64,000 bases of DNA, taken from positions 10,354,001 through 10,418,000 of the forward strand of contig JBHGNT010000021.1 of NCBI GenBank assembly GCA_043228905.1, in the 5' to 3' direction. The notes below the pieces were generated by a model. It searched no databases and was not told where the DNA came from. It was given only the letters and a program-made list of their open reading frames with translations. Of this stretch, positions 1 to 14,149 are shown piece by piece. Every line of letters begins with the position of its first letter. Positions within the stretch are counted from its first letter, which is position 1. The stretch is from Azolla caroliniana (taxonomy: Eukaryota; Plantae; Polypodiophyta). A program made the position numbers and the translations under genes.

Positions 1-1141
1 TTGGGTTTGTCGATACTGGATTTCTCTTGTTCTCCAATCTATGTCTGGGTTATGTAATTCGAACCATGGTAACCCCAAGACAATTGGATGATTTGGACTA
101 CAAATTATATTAAATGATACTACATACACCAAAGTATCTAGGACAACTTGAATCGACTCTGACTCTTCAACGATATTTCCGGAAGCAATGGGACAACCAT
201 CAATAACTACTATAAATCCTAGGCAAGAAAGTTTTGTTAGGGATATTTGATGAGCTTAGGCAAAATTTCAATCCATGAAGCAAGAGTTGGCTCCGGAGTC
301 TAAGAGGGCTAGGACATGTACTGGAGGAGTACTTTTAGTACTAACCATTACTTGAGCTAAGAACACATTGCTAACTTGCTTAGAGGGAATGGAACCACTA
401 ATGGGCTGCACAGATCTAGCATGGCTATCCAACCAAACGGCTCCTATTTTGGCTAGGCTTAGTCGTTTAACTCTTCTTCTAATTGACCAAGGACTTCAAA
501 TTTGTTTGATAAATTTGGGCTATTAGTACTATTAGAACTATCAGAAATTTATAATGAAATAGACTCGGGTTTAGTACAAGCTACTACTTGATTTACTTGT
601 CTTCTTGGCCTATGTGGACAGTTTACTATGATATGCCCTGGCTAATGGATAGTTTACTTGTTTTTTTTCTTACGACAATGGACCATGACGACATGTGGTG
701 TCGATTTCCATCGGTGTTGGAGTATTTTCCGGAGATGCATTGTATGACTCCCTTGCAAATGGTTTTGCTGCGACCGAGGTGTATGTGGGCTCCGACCTGG
801 TCCTTGGCATTTGTGATTGGCGTTCCGAACGTCGCTCGAAAAGCCAGTTATCGCATCTTCCCGCTCGATTGATAGCCTCTGTGAGAGATTTTGGTTCTTC
901 AAGGAAAGTCGGGAGTAAGTCTTTGACATCATTTCGTCGGCTGTATCGAAATTGTTCCATTAATGCTTGATCATCCCAGGGGATATCAAAGGCGAGTAGG
1001 CAGAAATCTACAACGTATGCGGAGGTTGGATGATCACCTTGACGTAATCGTTGGATTTTTTTGATTGCCGTCATTATGCTATCAGTATATCAAAAACAAG
1101 TTTTAAAGTCGCTTATAAACTCCTCAAAATTATTTAGTAAT

Positions 1142-1596
1142 TATTAGAGATCTAGGTACTAAAGTAAGCTTAAGATAAGGATAAAATAATGATAGATAGA
1201 AAGGAGAAAGAGAAAGAAGGGTGCCGATCCACCCGACCACCCCCGAGCGAAGGGATCGAGACGGACTCGAGCCTCGATCGGCATCCCATACCACCGCCGT
1301 GGCGTCGAGTCATACCTGGTGCTGGCACACTCGCTACAAGAGTTGACCCACCACAAGAGTAGAGTCTCGATGTAGTCAAAAGATGATCAAATGAGGGTAG
1401 CTAGGCCTCTTATTTATAGCGATACCCAAGGCCCCCAGGCAAGTTCACACTTGACCTAATGGGTTGTCTCAATCCCGAGGATTAAAAGTAATCCTCCCCT
1501 TCTTTACACTCTCGTTTAACCCTCACACTTATCCACGTGTATAGAATACTACGGTAAATTCTCACCACGGGATATTATATGGTCATGCCGGTAACA
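1142..1596 (-). repeat. 3' LTR
   Basis: Direct repeat of 7532-7985, adjacent to the PPT. Confidence 0.95.
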
Positions 1597-4500
1597 TACT
1601 CCCCCTCTTTAAAACATTGCACTCTTGCAATGGAAAGTTAGGGAAGTTAGTTCTAAGAGTATTTTCGCGTTCCCATGTGGCTTCTTTTATTGATTTATCC
1701 ATCCATTTTATTTTAAATTCTCGGATTTCTTTTGTACGTAAATTTTTTGTTTTAACATCGAGAATTCTTTTTGGTACATGTGGTTTAGAAGATAATTCTT
1801 CAGAAGTAACCAGAGTTTCAGTTGTGACTGTATTGTCGCGAGAACCTAGAAGTTCTTTTAGACGACTCACATGAAAGACTGGATGAATTCCAACACCATC
1901 GGGAAGAGCGAGATGATAGGCTGATGACCCAATGCGTTTGAGGACTGTAAAAGGTCCACAAAACCGTGGGGCTAACTTAGCGCACTTACCCGTAGACAAT
2001 GTCTTAGAATTGTGAGGTACATGTAAAAATACCTTCTGTCCAGGGTTGAATACACGAGGTTGCCTATGATGATCAGCATAAAAACGAGCTCTATCTTGAG
2101 CTGTTTTTATATTATCTCGTGCAATATGCAACATATCTTGCATATCCCAAAGAAAGTTTTGCATACTTCGCAACTCATCATGATGTATATTAACATCAAT
2201 CGGGGCTCGTGGCTGAAAACCATACATCAACATAAAAGGACTATATCCCGTCGACGTATGCTTGGAGCTGTTATAAGCAAACTCCAAAATTGGGAGATAA
2301 CGTTCCCATTTTGTTGGTTTTGCACCAACGTATGCTCGAAGCATGTCCTCAATAATTTGATTTACTCATTCTGTTTGTCCATCGGATTGAGGATGATCCG
2401 TGGAGCTCATGCTCAACGTAGTTTCTAACTTCTTAAAGACTTGCGTCCAGAAGTCACTAGTAAACTTTGGATCTCGATCACTCACGATATCCATCGGCAA
2501 TGAAATAATTCGTCAACGAATTGGTAAGCCAATTCAAGAGCTGTTACCGTGGTTTTAGTAGCAATAAATCTGGCCATTTTAGTTAGTCGATCAACGACAA
2601 CCCAGATGGCATCATGACCTTTTTGGGTGCGAGGAAGGCTAACAATAAAATCCATGGATATACTTTCCCACTTATTATTGGGAATGTCCAAGGGATGTAA
2701 AAGTCCTGCGACTTTAAGTCGCTCAGCTTTGTTAACCTGACATTGGTGACATTTAGTCACATAGCTATGTATGTCAGGATGCATCTTAGGCCAATAAAAT
2801 TGAGTGGAGATGAGAACGAGTGTACAATGTATTCCAGGGTGCCCTGCTGAGGGTGCATCATGGCATTAAAAAAGAATCCTCTTTTTGACCTCAAGTAAAT
2901 CTGGAACACAAACCTTCCCATTACGATAGAGCAAACCGTTAGCAATGTGGAAGTATTCCTTCAAGGATGTGGTGGTGTCTGTTCCAGACTCAACTCTTGC
3001 CCAATATTTTGCGAAATAACTGTCATCAGGATACTTTCCTCGAAGGTGATCATAAAGATCTGATGACATTTCAGTGAAGCTAAGCGTGTTAACTTCACGG
3101 ATGCGACTTAGTGCATCAGCGACAATGTTCATGGAACCTTTACGATATCGTATGGAAAAATCAAAGTCCTGGATGAGATCAGCCCATCGTGCCTTACGAC
3201 CTTTCAGGTCTTGTTGGTCACAAAAATATTTCAAGGACTCGTGGTCAGTAGTTACCACAAAGCGATTTCCATAAAGATAATGGCGCCATGTTTTGAGCGC
3301 ATGTATAATTGCAAATAATTCCTTTTCTTGAACGGTATACCGACATTGAGCAGAATCAAGTTTCTTACTCTCGAATGTTATTGGTTTACCATCTTGATAC
3401 AAGATAGCACCTATAGCATAATCGCTGGCATCGGTTTCAACCTCAAAAGGTTTTGAAGGATCAGGTAAAAGAAGTGAAGGAGCCTTGCAAACCAGGTCCT
3501 TGAGTTCCTTAAAGGCGAGGTCTAGTGTACCATTCCACACAATAGGGTTTGTAGACTTACGCATTTGACCTTTTAAAAGATCAGTAAACGACGTCGTCAA
3601 TTGGGAGTAATTACGAAGAGACTTTCGCAAAAACCCGACAAAACCAAGGAATGATCAAACTTCTCGAATATTCCGAAGAGTGGGCCAAAGCTTGATTTTC
3701 TCAATGCGAGAAGGATCAATTTCAACTCCTCGTTCAGTTATGAGATGTCCAAGATAAGTAATTGATTTCTTGAAGAACTCACATTTTGAGATCTTCGCAT
3801 AAAACTGTTTGTCACGCAATGTCTGTAAAACAAAGCGGACATGTTTAGCATGTTCTTGTAATATACGGCTATAAACTAAAATATCATCCAAGAAAATAAC
3901 GACAAATTTTCCAAGTTGTTCTCAGAAAATGTCATTCATTTCTTGTTGAAAAGTAGTCGGAGCATTGGTCAAACCAAAAGGCATAACCCAAAACTCATAA
4001 TGGCCATAGCGCGTACGAAATGCCGTTTTAGGAACATCGTCCTCACTTATTCGTATTTGATGGTAGCCAATACGGAGATCAAGTTTCATAAAATACCGAG
4101 CTCCCTGGAGACGGTCAATTAGATCGTCAGCCCGGGGCAATGGGTATGAATTCTTGATCGTCACTTTATTCAAGCGTCGGTAATTAATACACATACGCCA
4201 TGTGCCCTCTTTCTTTTTTACCAAGAGAAATGGTGCACCCCATGGAGATTTACTATAACGTATATAACCCATTCGTAAATAGTCCTTGAGTTGCTTAGAT
4301 ACCTCATCTTCTTCGGATCAACTTAAGCGATACGGAGGTATACTTATTGGTGCAACACCAGGTACAATATCTATACGATGGTCTATATTACGTTTAGGAG
4401 GTAACCCATCAGGTAGTTCACTTGGAAAAACATCATGAAAATCATTTACGATTTCATCAAGTTGTTGTTGTTCAAAATATGTTAATTGAACCGGGACATT

Positions 4501-5982
4501 ATCAATATTGTAAATGTGAATGTCCGGATCAAGTACACAATAAAATAATGTAGAACAAGACAACTCGGATATTGATGGACACGAGGAAACAATCGAGAGG
4601 GATTGTTTTTTTACACATTGAATAAAATGCGTACAATCGTTCAGTACAAAAGAAATGGAATGACGAACCCAATCAATAAATAAAGAAGAGTTTTTATTAT
4701 AAAACTAGGGATAACCCAGTATTACATCGGTGGTACAAAGATTCATTACATGGAAGTCTACTTCCTCTATATAAGTATCAATAGAAATTCCTAATGAATG
4801 AATCGCCCCGTTGATGTATTGTACTCTTCCATCAACCAAGTGCACCGTGTAGGTGTGATCACTTACGGTGGGTTGGATTCCCCATATCTGAACCAAACGA
4901 TCATTCACAAAATTGTGTGAGCTTTCCGAATCAAATAAAAATTGTATGGGAGATCCATTGATATACCCGTTTGCAGGTAGTAAATCATTGGGACCCAATA
5001 CATAGTGAGGGAAAGAACATTGACAATTACTTAAATGATGTGTATAGACCTGAAGGACATTAGGAATCTGACCTTTATGGTCTGCAACTTTAGCTTTGTT
5101 GTCGTGCTCTTTCCGTTGGAGTTTTCGACATTGATCTTTTGTATGACCCTTCTTTTTGCAGAATACGCAAAAAGGATGTTGTCGCTTACAATCGCGATCC
5201 AGGAATTCGTTGGGTGTCTTGTGTTTCCCAACAAATTGCGACTGCTTAGTCCCGGGCGCTTCGTTGGGTTTGTTGTGGTCCTTCTTCGAAGTGCGTTGAT
5301 AGCGAAGAACTATTTCAACGGCCTCTTCGAAGGATTTTGGATAGTCCGAATTGGGGATGCCATTGACAAAACAAGCTATCAACCAATTGTCCCCTTCTAG
5401 ACCCGATTTTTGGATTTGAGTTCTAGCATGGTGAACATAGTCTTCTAGCGAGGAAAATTTCCTGCTAGAGAGGTTCATTAAAGCTTGTGCTGCCTCGGTT
5501 CGAGAGGGAGGTTGTAGAAATTGGCCCTTAAAAACCGTGACAAAATTTGTCCAGGTATCGGGCAATTTCCCCATAGTACGGAGCCCACGCCACCAGGCGG
5601 CGGCCTTACCCCCGAGTTCTCGGCCGACATATGCAATCTTCGTACTATCTGGCGTGGGATAGAGCTCAAAATGAGACTCCCATCGTCCCAACCATGTGCA
5701 GATTGCTTCTTCGGTTCTTTCCTTTTTGTCTCCCGTAAATGGCTTAACGACAAATGATGGTTCACCTTGTTGCTCATCAGGTCTATTAGTCTCACGTTGT
5801 AGACTAATGACACGTGCCTCAAGAGCACTCTGAGATTGCCGAAGTTCGGTCATCTGTTGAGCGGTGAAACTAAGGTATTAGGTTATTTGTGACAAATACA
5901 TCTTAGTGGACATTTGTCCAGGAGGATTCCCTTGAGTTCCTTCCGCTTGAGCGGATGACATCGGGTCGTTAATTTGAGCCAT
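1583..5982 (-). pseudogene. gag-pol: gag-pol polyprotein (gag, zinc knuckle, protease, RT, RNase H, integrase, chromodomain), broken by stops and frameshifts
   Basis: ORF pieces: 4705-5853 (CVFCKKKGHTKDQC, FLFDSESSHNF), 3922-4272 and 3655-3891 (RT, LDDIL), 2866-3630 (ETDAS RNase H), 2482-2784 and 1583-2344 (integrase, GPF motif, chromodomain 'IKWMD...ATWE'). Collinear with the intact ORF at 16611-21014. Confidence 0.93.
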
Positions 5983-7014
5983 TAAAGATTATTTCTGGAA
6001 AAGAAATAGGACAAGGTCAGAGATATAGTCATAACATCATGCCGTGATGTAAACATATCATGGGCGAGCATTAATCGATATCATTATCTCACGTCAATAC
6101 CCCTCTAGACGTATGAGATGAGGTTCAAGATCAGGTTACTATGGTAACACAAAGGTGTTTTAAAAACCATGGGGGTGACAAATAAATGTCTTTCCCTGAT
6201 CTCTATATCGATTTTTTCATGGTGGCTCCCCGAGGCTCAACCATGTATGTTCGCGTCATGAATTGTTTATACACGAAAAAAATGTTAACAATAAACTATG
6301 TTTCGGTGCCCACATATGTGGTTTCGGCTCTTTAAGTCCTATTACGAGGACCCCGAGGTGCACTTAGACCTTAATTCTAAACATGTGTTATAGTCATATG
6401 TATCAAGGATGTTGTATGGTCTTGGTCATATTTGAACTCGAGACCTCGAGAACAAATACATTAAACACTTGAGCCAACCAAGTAAGTTGCTCTTCTCGAA
6501 TGCTTAATGTTTGATGCGTATAAGAGATATGCGAGGCAATTGATCATATATGTTTTTTTTTAAAAGAACATATATTTCAAGGGTCCTTATTTCGCCCTCA
6601 TTTACCAAAACTATGTTGGTACGTTACCTAACCTCGAGTCTCGTAATTACGATGGCATATGCCAAATTGCAACCTAATGGTCAAGCCAAATGAGCCTTCG
6701 TTTCGTAGTAGGCCCACGTGGCCCATCACATGTTCACATCATTACGAATGCCTCTCGTAAGAACGAGCTCATGGTGGCATTGTATCCATGTAACGAGGGA
6801 GGGATGTTGGATACGTGCGTCATTGGAGCAACCTCACTTGAAGTGGGTCAAGCCCTACGTACTTAATATCATTATGGCTATTGGCGTTTCTTTACGTAAT
6901 AACGAATATACACACATGTTTACTTATCACATATATACGATCAAATACGTATATATGTGACCACATATGCCTATATTAAACATATCGTTATATTAAATAG
7001 CCACAAATGATGTG

Positions 7015-7285
7015 ATCGAGATACGTAATCGAGGTATATACCTCTACGCACACGAAACATCCTCAAATAAGAGATCATCGTAATACGCAATTGAGGTATT
7101 GACCTCTTATGCATACGAAACCAACCGCATATCGTTTACAACAAATCAAGGTATTAAACTCATACGCAAACGTAACATATGTTCGTGAACGTAATACGTA
7201 ATTGAGGTATTAACCTCGTACACATACGACACTCATCACATATTATTAATATGTTGAACGAGGTATTGACCTCGTGCACATATGT
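7015..7285. repeat. About five tandem ~57-bp units in the retrotransposon leader, each with a GAGGTATTGACCTC-like palindrome
   Basis: GAGGTAT-like cores near 7031, 7093, 7148, 7204 and 7260. Confidence 0.65.
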
Positions 7286-7531
7286 AAACGTTTTAGATAA
7301 TCAATTAAAGACCACTACAACATCATTGACTTAATGAAAAAAATTGACATATAAACTAAACACATGATTAGATGGGAGAAGAGAGAATAGAAAGAAAAAT
7401 TATGGAAAGAGTTACCGAAGTTCTTTGTTGATCGTTGTCTGGATCAAGGCCGACCGCACATCGATCGATCAACATCAATCAAAAGACAAATGAAAAACAA
7501 AGAAACATTAGTACATAAATCTGATACCAAA

Positions 7532-7985
7532 TATTAGAGATCTAGGTACTAAAGTAAGCTTAAGATAAGGATAAAGTAATGATAGATAGAAAGGAGAAAG
7601 AGAAAGAAGGGTGTCGATCCACCCGACCACCCCCGAGCGAAGGGATCGAGACGGACTCGAGCCTCGATGGGCGTCCCATACCACCGTCATGGCGTCGAGT
7701 CGTACCTGGTGCTGGCGCGCTCGCTACAAGAGTTGACCCACCACAAGAGCAGAGTCTCGATGTAGTCAAAAGATGATCAAATGAGGGTAGCTAGGGCTCT
7801 TATTTATAGCAATACCCAAGGCCCCCAGGCAAGTTCACACTTGACCTAATGGGTTGTCTCAATCCCGAGGATTAAAAGTAATCCTCCACTTCTTTACACT
7901 CTCGTTTAACCCTCACACTTATCCACATGTATAGAATACTATGGTAAATTCTCACTCGGGATATTATATGGTCATGCCCGTAACA
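7532..7985 (-). repeat. 5' LTR
   Basis: Direct repeat of 1142-1596, followed on the minus strand by the Met PBS. Confidence 0.95.
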
Positions 7986-8484
7986 GTAATGGAGATTCCT
8001 TTTCTAACAACGGAGCGAACCATGGCAAAGCTGAGCCATCTAGCAACGTACCTACTAAGACCCACTTGTGATGCATAAGTGGGATATCGGGAATGATGCA
8101 TTTGAATGACTAATCGTACCTGATTAAGGAATCCTCTGGATTGTGATCGTGCTCCATTGAATTTCATAGGAAGGCTGATATTAGGTTCTTAATGAATCCC
8201 TTGCGTACTTGGTCCTATTTGTTGCAGCGCTACAATGGTTGCTTCAAGTTGTTGCACGCATAATGCTAGTTCCCCATTTTGTTGTTGCGTTTGCTTCTTT
8301 TCTAAGGAGATTTGTTGAAGATCCCCTAACAACCGTTGATTTTCTTGTTCCGATGTGAGAAACTTCTCTTTCAAGCATTGCAACTCTAAGAAAATAGATT
8401 GATATTCTTGAGAGCTAACAATTGCCATGATATTAGAGAAAGGAGGGATAAGTAAGAAGATAGAAGGACAACATTGGTTCAACC

Positions 8485-8606
8485 TGTCAAGAATAGTACT
8501 AAGACGGAGAGGGAATTAGTACTAAAAGATGAGGATTAGTACTAAGAGGGGTGTAGAACTCTCAGGAGATAGATATATAGATATACTATATTATCGTCTT
8601 CGGAGA

Positions 8607-8646
<40 letters not shown>

Positions 8647-8957
8647 ACTGATAACAAAAGATATATATTATATCAAGAGAATATACATGCATAGCTAGGA
8701 GGCTTAAGACTGGTGTTGAATTGATTTGGTTCTCAATAATCCCATGTGCCTCTTTTTATAGTGGCTTAGGAATACTCTTGACATCGTAGAATGTTCTAGA
8801 GAAATCTAGAATATACATGGATTTCCTAAGTGAAATAATAAATGGAAATAATATTCTTTGTATTACAATATATAGTTTAATGGTAAGGTTTCAACCCATG
8901 TGACACAAGGTCATGGGTTCAAATCTTTTTGAAGCCATACCATGCTATATCATGACA
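8485..8957 (-). repeat. 5' LTR of the host gypsy element
   Basis: TGTCATG...CTTGACA termini on the minus strand, TATA-like CTATAAAAAG near 8753-8762, a (GA)n tract at about 8608-8644, and gag immediately downstream. Confidence 0.7.
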
Positions 8958-9289
8958 AAGGGCACATCAGCCATAGTTACTAGTTACAAGTGAAGAGGAG
9001 ATCTTGCTCATTTGTGAGCATGCAAGCACAAATTTTGCAAGTGAAGAGTGTAACTGAGTAATTGACTCAGGTGCATCCTTTCATATAACTCCCTCAAGAG
9101 AGTGTTTCTTGACTTACATAGCTGAAGATAATGGCTATGTGAAGTTGAGAGATAATGGGGAATGAAAGATAGTCGGCGTCGAAAATGTATGTTTAACAAC
9201 GTTGACTAGTTGTCAACTGACTCTAAAGGATGTCTGACACTTGCCCGATATCAAGCTGAATCTGCTATCAACTGGTAAGATGGACGACG

Positions 9290-9610
9290 AAGTCTATAGT
9301 GGTAGCTTCCGAAATGACAAGTGGAAGTTTTGTCGAGGAAACCTCATTGTGGCCTGAGCACAGAAACATGACACTTGTATATGATGCAAGCCAAGTTGTG
9401 CAAGTCAAAAATAAACCTGGTAGTTGACTCGAATGGAGAGTTATGGCATAAGAAGCTAAGCCACATGAGTGAAAAGGGAATGCATATCGTAGCCGATCAG
9501 AAACGTCTCCCAGAAGTTAAAGGAGTACACTTGGAGAAGTGTGTCAACTGCTTAGTCAGAAAGCAGAATTGAGATGCATTCCACTGAAGACCACCAAGAA
9601 GAGAAGAACG
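9290..9610 (+). pseudogene. Ty1/copia fragment (GAG-pre-integrase region)
   Basis: 'ELWHKKLSHMSEKG...CVNCLVRKQ' matches the LWHxRLGH...CxxC copia motif. Confidence 0.75.
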
Positions 9611-9614
9611 CCTC

Positions 9615-10180
9615 GTAATATCCATAGGCAAATGGACTAGTGGAATCGACACATAAAACGGTGCAGAATATTTTGAAGAAAATCATCAATGAGCACCAGA
9701 CAGACTGGGATACAAAGCTACAGAGCACGTTGTGGGCGTACCAGACCACTTATAAGACAAGTATCCAGTCGACCCCGTTCCGGATGGCATTCAGATTGGA
9801 GGCAGTAATGCTGATAGAGTTTCAAATCTAGAGTCTCCTAGTACATGTCTACGTGCGGCTACGCGAGAAGGTGTCGGAACAACACCGATTGGAGAAATTG
9901 GCTGAGCTTGAGGAAGACTAATTAAAAAGCATATGGCAGCTAGAGGAGAGCCAATGTCAGTGAAAGGCATTTGTGGATTGGCATCGCAAGGGCAACAACA
10001 AATTGTTCGGAATTGGAAAATTAGTGTTAGTATTCCAGACCCGGATGGGGTTAATGCCGAGGAAGTTAAGGTTTCGGTGGATTGCACAATATTCATTTGG
10101 ATAATCGATAAATTTAATGGTACATATCAATTGGGCACATTAGCTACAGACAAGGTACCGAAATTCCTACTCAAACCCTA
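9615..10180 (+). pseudogene. Non-chromovirus gypsy integrase C-terminal fragment
   Basis: 'P*ANGLVESTHKTVQNILKK...DWDTKLQSTLWAYQTTYKTSIQSTPF' resembles an Athila/Tat-like integrase core end. Confidence 0.75.
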
Positions 10181-10529
10181 CATAGGGCCAACATTATTGA
10201 TTCTATTCGCCACACGAAAGAATAGTCAAGATGACACAAAAGACTCCGTTAAGGAAGAACCAACGGGAGCCAGAAAACTTAAAGGACGACTGCTAAGAGC
10301 TGAAGCAGAGCCGTTTTGGCAAATGGCAACAAGTGGCGACCGAGGAGAATCATCCTCGATATACAAACCGGCACCTCCGGCGGAGTAGGCCAATTATGGA
10401 GTTTCTTAATAAAAAATTATTTATTTATTTAATTATTATTTAAAAACAAAATAACACAACGGTTTAGGGATATAAAATCTCTTACCATCACACGAGGTGA
10501 TGAAAATTTAATGCTCATAACAACGACAC

Positions 10530-11950
10530 GTATCATGCATACCCTCAAGTACCCTCAAGGAATTCTCAACTTAATGTAAAACCTAAACAAAATGATAGTT
10601 TGGATGTCGAGAACTTTAGACATCATAGATCCTATCTTGCTAGTCTTTATCATTTCGACACGATTGCTTGAATGAAGGAGTTCATGGGACACATTGAAAC
10701 CATGACTATGTCGAAAGCATGCTAATCTCAATAACGGCTTAGCTATGAAAATCGTAAAGCATGCATGAGCATGCTTATTGCTAGAGGTGAGAAGACGAAC
10801 ACAAAGCAAGTGGCGTAAAAGACCTAACAAGGACGGAACTTATGTTCATCAAAACAAGGAAACCAATTCTTTTTTCAATGTTTGTGTTACGGTTTTTTCT
10901 AGGCCCACCCCTCCAAAGAGTTGGGGGGCCTTTACAAAACTTCTCCAAGTCTCTCTTTCAAGAGCCAAGGAGAGCGGTTGGAAATAGTTTTCAACCAACA
11001 ATTGACACGTCTTGGGAAGACTAACTATGTCATTGCCCAAGCATAAAGATGATTTGATTGTTTGCTTCCGCTTCTCTTTTATAGCCATGGCTATCACATG
11101 CCTCACGATGTGGGACACATTGTCAGTGTGCGCACTAATGGCATGATTGAGATACCAAACATTTTGTTGGAGAAAAAACCTAAACCTAAATAATAGATAT
11201 GGGTGGGATGTGAATTTTGTGTGTCGTACACAGATACATAAACATATACATACAAATACACATACAAACTTGTAGTAACACGTTATATTGCTCATTTAAG
11301 TGAATTAGAGCCCATCTAGAATATTTACAACAACCGAGGTTATAAACATTCCAAATTCAAAGGATGTCATGATTAGACATATCACATACCATAAGGGAAT
11401 TCTCGAACCGAAAACCTAAACAGAACAATATTTTGGATGTCGAGAATTCAAGACATCAGAGGTCCTATCATGCTAGTCTTTATCATTTCAACATGATTGC
11501 TTGAATGAAGGACTTCATGGGACGAATCGGAACTATGACTATGTCGAGAGTATGTTAATCTCAATAACGACATAACTATGAAAATCGTATAGCATACATG
11601 AGCATGCCTACTGCTAGAGGTTAGAAGACAAGAAGACAAAGCAAGTGGCATGAAGACCTAACAAGTAGGGAACTTATGTTCATCAAAACAAGGCAACTAT
11701 TGCTTTTATCAATGTTTGTGTTAGGGTTTTTCTAGGCCCACCACTCCAAAGAGTTGGGGTTGGGGGGCTTTACAAAAATTCTCCAAGGTTCTCTTTCAAG
11801 AACCAAGGAGGGGGATTGGAAATAGTTTTCAACCAGCAATTGACGCGTCTCGGGAAGCCCTCACTAACTACGTCATTTCCCCAAGTGCAAAGATGAATTT
11901 CGCTCTTTGCTCCTCTTTCTCTTTTATAACCATGGCCATCGCATGTGAGG
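10530..11950. repeat. Two tandem diverged copies of a ~600-850 bp unknown repeat (third partial copy at 14150-14630)
   Basis: Shared blocks include 'aaacctaaaca...ggatgtcgagaa', 'ctaggcccac..ctccaaagagttgggg' and 'ttggaaatagttttcaacca.caattgac.cgtct.gggaag' near 10980, 11820 and 14485. Confidence 0.8.
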
Positions 11951-14149
11951 AGGAAGCTTGAGACAATGTTGAACTTTACCGACAACATATCCCTACTTTT
12001 ATCATTTGTGGAAGTGTTTTCTTCTCCATCAATCTCATCCACTACTCACATATATAGGTAAACCTTCTTCTTTCTTCTTCGGGGTATGTGTGAGCACATG
12101 TAGGTAGAAGCAGGATAGCAAGTAGTACTATGGGTGGTTTGATTACGATGTAATTTGAACGAGAAATGCTTTAGACATCCTCTTATGTCAATTTATTTTT
12201 GCTTTCATGTGTATGTTGATAACGTTTCTCACTCGGTACCAAATTTGTTATAAACTTGATGCTTTGGTGATTCCACCGTGACAGTGATTAAATTTTAGAT
12301 ATCGACATTGTCAATCATTTTGTAAGGTAGGTAACCCTAAATGCAACAAGGAGTTTTTGTATTTGCATTCCCATATTTATAACATATGAAGCTTGAAAGT
12401 TAAAAGAAAACTATTTCATGTGCTTGTCAATTTGAATTTTGACACTGCTTTTTCCCATCATAATTGAATCACTAAATGCTTGATACGAATTCTTGCGTAT
12501 GCCCAAAGACACATCATTCTTAAAAAATATAAAGCATTCATGATGGGTCTTTAAAAAGGAGTAGACTTTGTGAACTCCCCATCTATGATCATTCTTTAGC
12601 ATAGTCCATGAGCACGGGGTAACCAACCTAACCTAAATCGAAGTAGACAATGGAAAATATTGAAATTGGTGGTGCTATTAGAACATAACAAAATGTGATA
12701 TGTCAAAATGAAAGCATGTCCCTGCAACACCCATTTTAGCATATTTGGGAAACATAGGAGCCAACACTTTGCTTCTTTGTAGTCCTAATGTATCCAAACC
12801 ACGTCTTGAATTTGAACTTGGTGAGCAGAAGTTCAACCAAAACTCACAAATAAAGTGAATTTATAAGTGTTTGCTTGTCTGCGCTGTTTTTCACTATGAT
12901 ACTAAGTTTATAGACCACGGTTTTAGCAATAATTTCGGAATAGTTCGTGTATTTCCTTTTATTGTCCATGCAATTTTTAGGAAGAAGGAAGGAGATGCAA
13001 CCATTATGGGAGTTAGTGTAATATTACTATATATTACATCTGAAAGGCTTCTTGTTCTAATATTTTCCATCAAGCTAGAGCCTCACCAGTTGAAATGGTA
13101 TGTAATATTTGGCGAGACATGATGCATACTTTAAAAGGACAATGAGGTTGTCTTATTGGAGATTCTGAGGCTAAAGTTGCTCAACACCATCAATTTCTTA
13201 CTCAATGAGAGTTATTACAGGTATGTCCTCCAAAGATGGTAATCCTTTTTGGCACTTTTAGCCACCAAGATGCTTGTTCCCTCCACCGATCACTCGAGAA
13301 TCGAAACTATGTAAATTGCTTTATATTGATGAATGAATATCTTTTACAACAAAGAAAAAAACAAAAATATGCGTATGTGTCTAAAGCAAGATTAGGTATA
13401 TAATTATAATGAACACATACACATACACATTTGTAGTGAGCAAGATTAGGTTTATAATCATAATGAAACCCACACACATAAACATGCACATACACATTAA
13501 CACATTAACATACATATACACATGCACATACACACATACATTAACACATACACATTTAACTCATTAACTTATTAACAGATTTAACACATACATGCTTGTA
13601 GTAATGCAATGCATTATATATATTGCTCATTTAAGTGAAATCAAAACTCTCTAGTATGCCCCATGGATATATGGTTCGCAATTATCAACTACCTACAACG
13701 GCCATTGGACGATGTTTGTGACAACTCCAACAATGAGGCCACTGCCCGTTTGCGCTTTTGGCAAAAATGACAGAACATGCCAATGGTGATGCAAGAAGAA
13801 AACCATCCGAAGTGGAACTAACAGGCCCCAGGTAGGTTGTTTCCTATTCACCTCCCATCCTCCCTTCATTGTAGGCCACAAGATCTGGCTCGTACTGACC
13901 GGTGATGAAGGGCACTAGTTTATAGCTATAAATACCTACTTACATTAAGTACTTAGTTTGAAAGGATATGTATGTAGTCTCATATTCTTGAACTCGGTCA
14001 CAAGGTGATTCCCCCCATTTATGTATAAGCTACCTTGTATAGTCTTTCTGTAATAATCTCTCATAACTAATGGGAAAGTAGCTTCTTTTTGGTAAAAAGA
14101 AAAAGAAGTGAAATCAAAACCGAATTAATGAATGTTTACAAGCCAGCGA

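Larger units (their letters stand above)
1142..7985 (-). mobile_element. Full-length degenerate chromovirus-type Ty3/gypsy LTR retrotransposon
   Basis: LTRs at 1142-1596 and 7532-7985 (about 96% identical by manual count). 5-bp TSD GTAAT at 1137-1141 and 7986-7990. Met-tRNA PBS (TGGTATCAGA, minus strand, 7520-7529) and PPT GAGGGGGAGTA (1597-1607). Confidence 0.96.
1..8957 (-). mobile_element. Degenerate Ty3/gypsy element (5' LTR, gag, protease; continues beyond the window start), interrupted by the element at 1142-7985
   Basis: The minus strand gives gag fragments (8189-8482, 7990-8167, 670-1136: 'AIKKIQRLRQG...DIPWDDQALMEQFR') and a protease motif 'VLALLDSGANSCFMD' near 275-320, followed by 'HPIVLGLPWFELHNPDIDW'. 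The 5' LTR is at 8485-8957. Confidence 0.8.

Noticed and set aside
1159-1379. Small ORFs in LTRs (also 7508-7776 and 22686-22877)
   Set aside because: They lie within or across LTR sequence and have no protein features.
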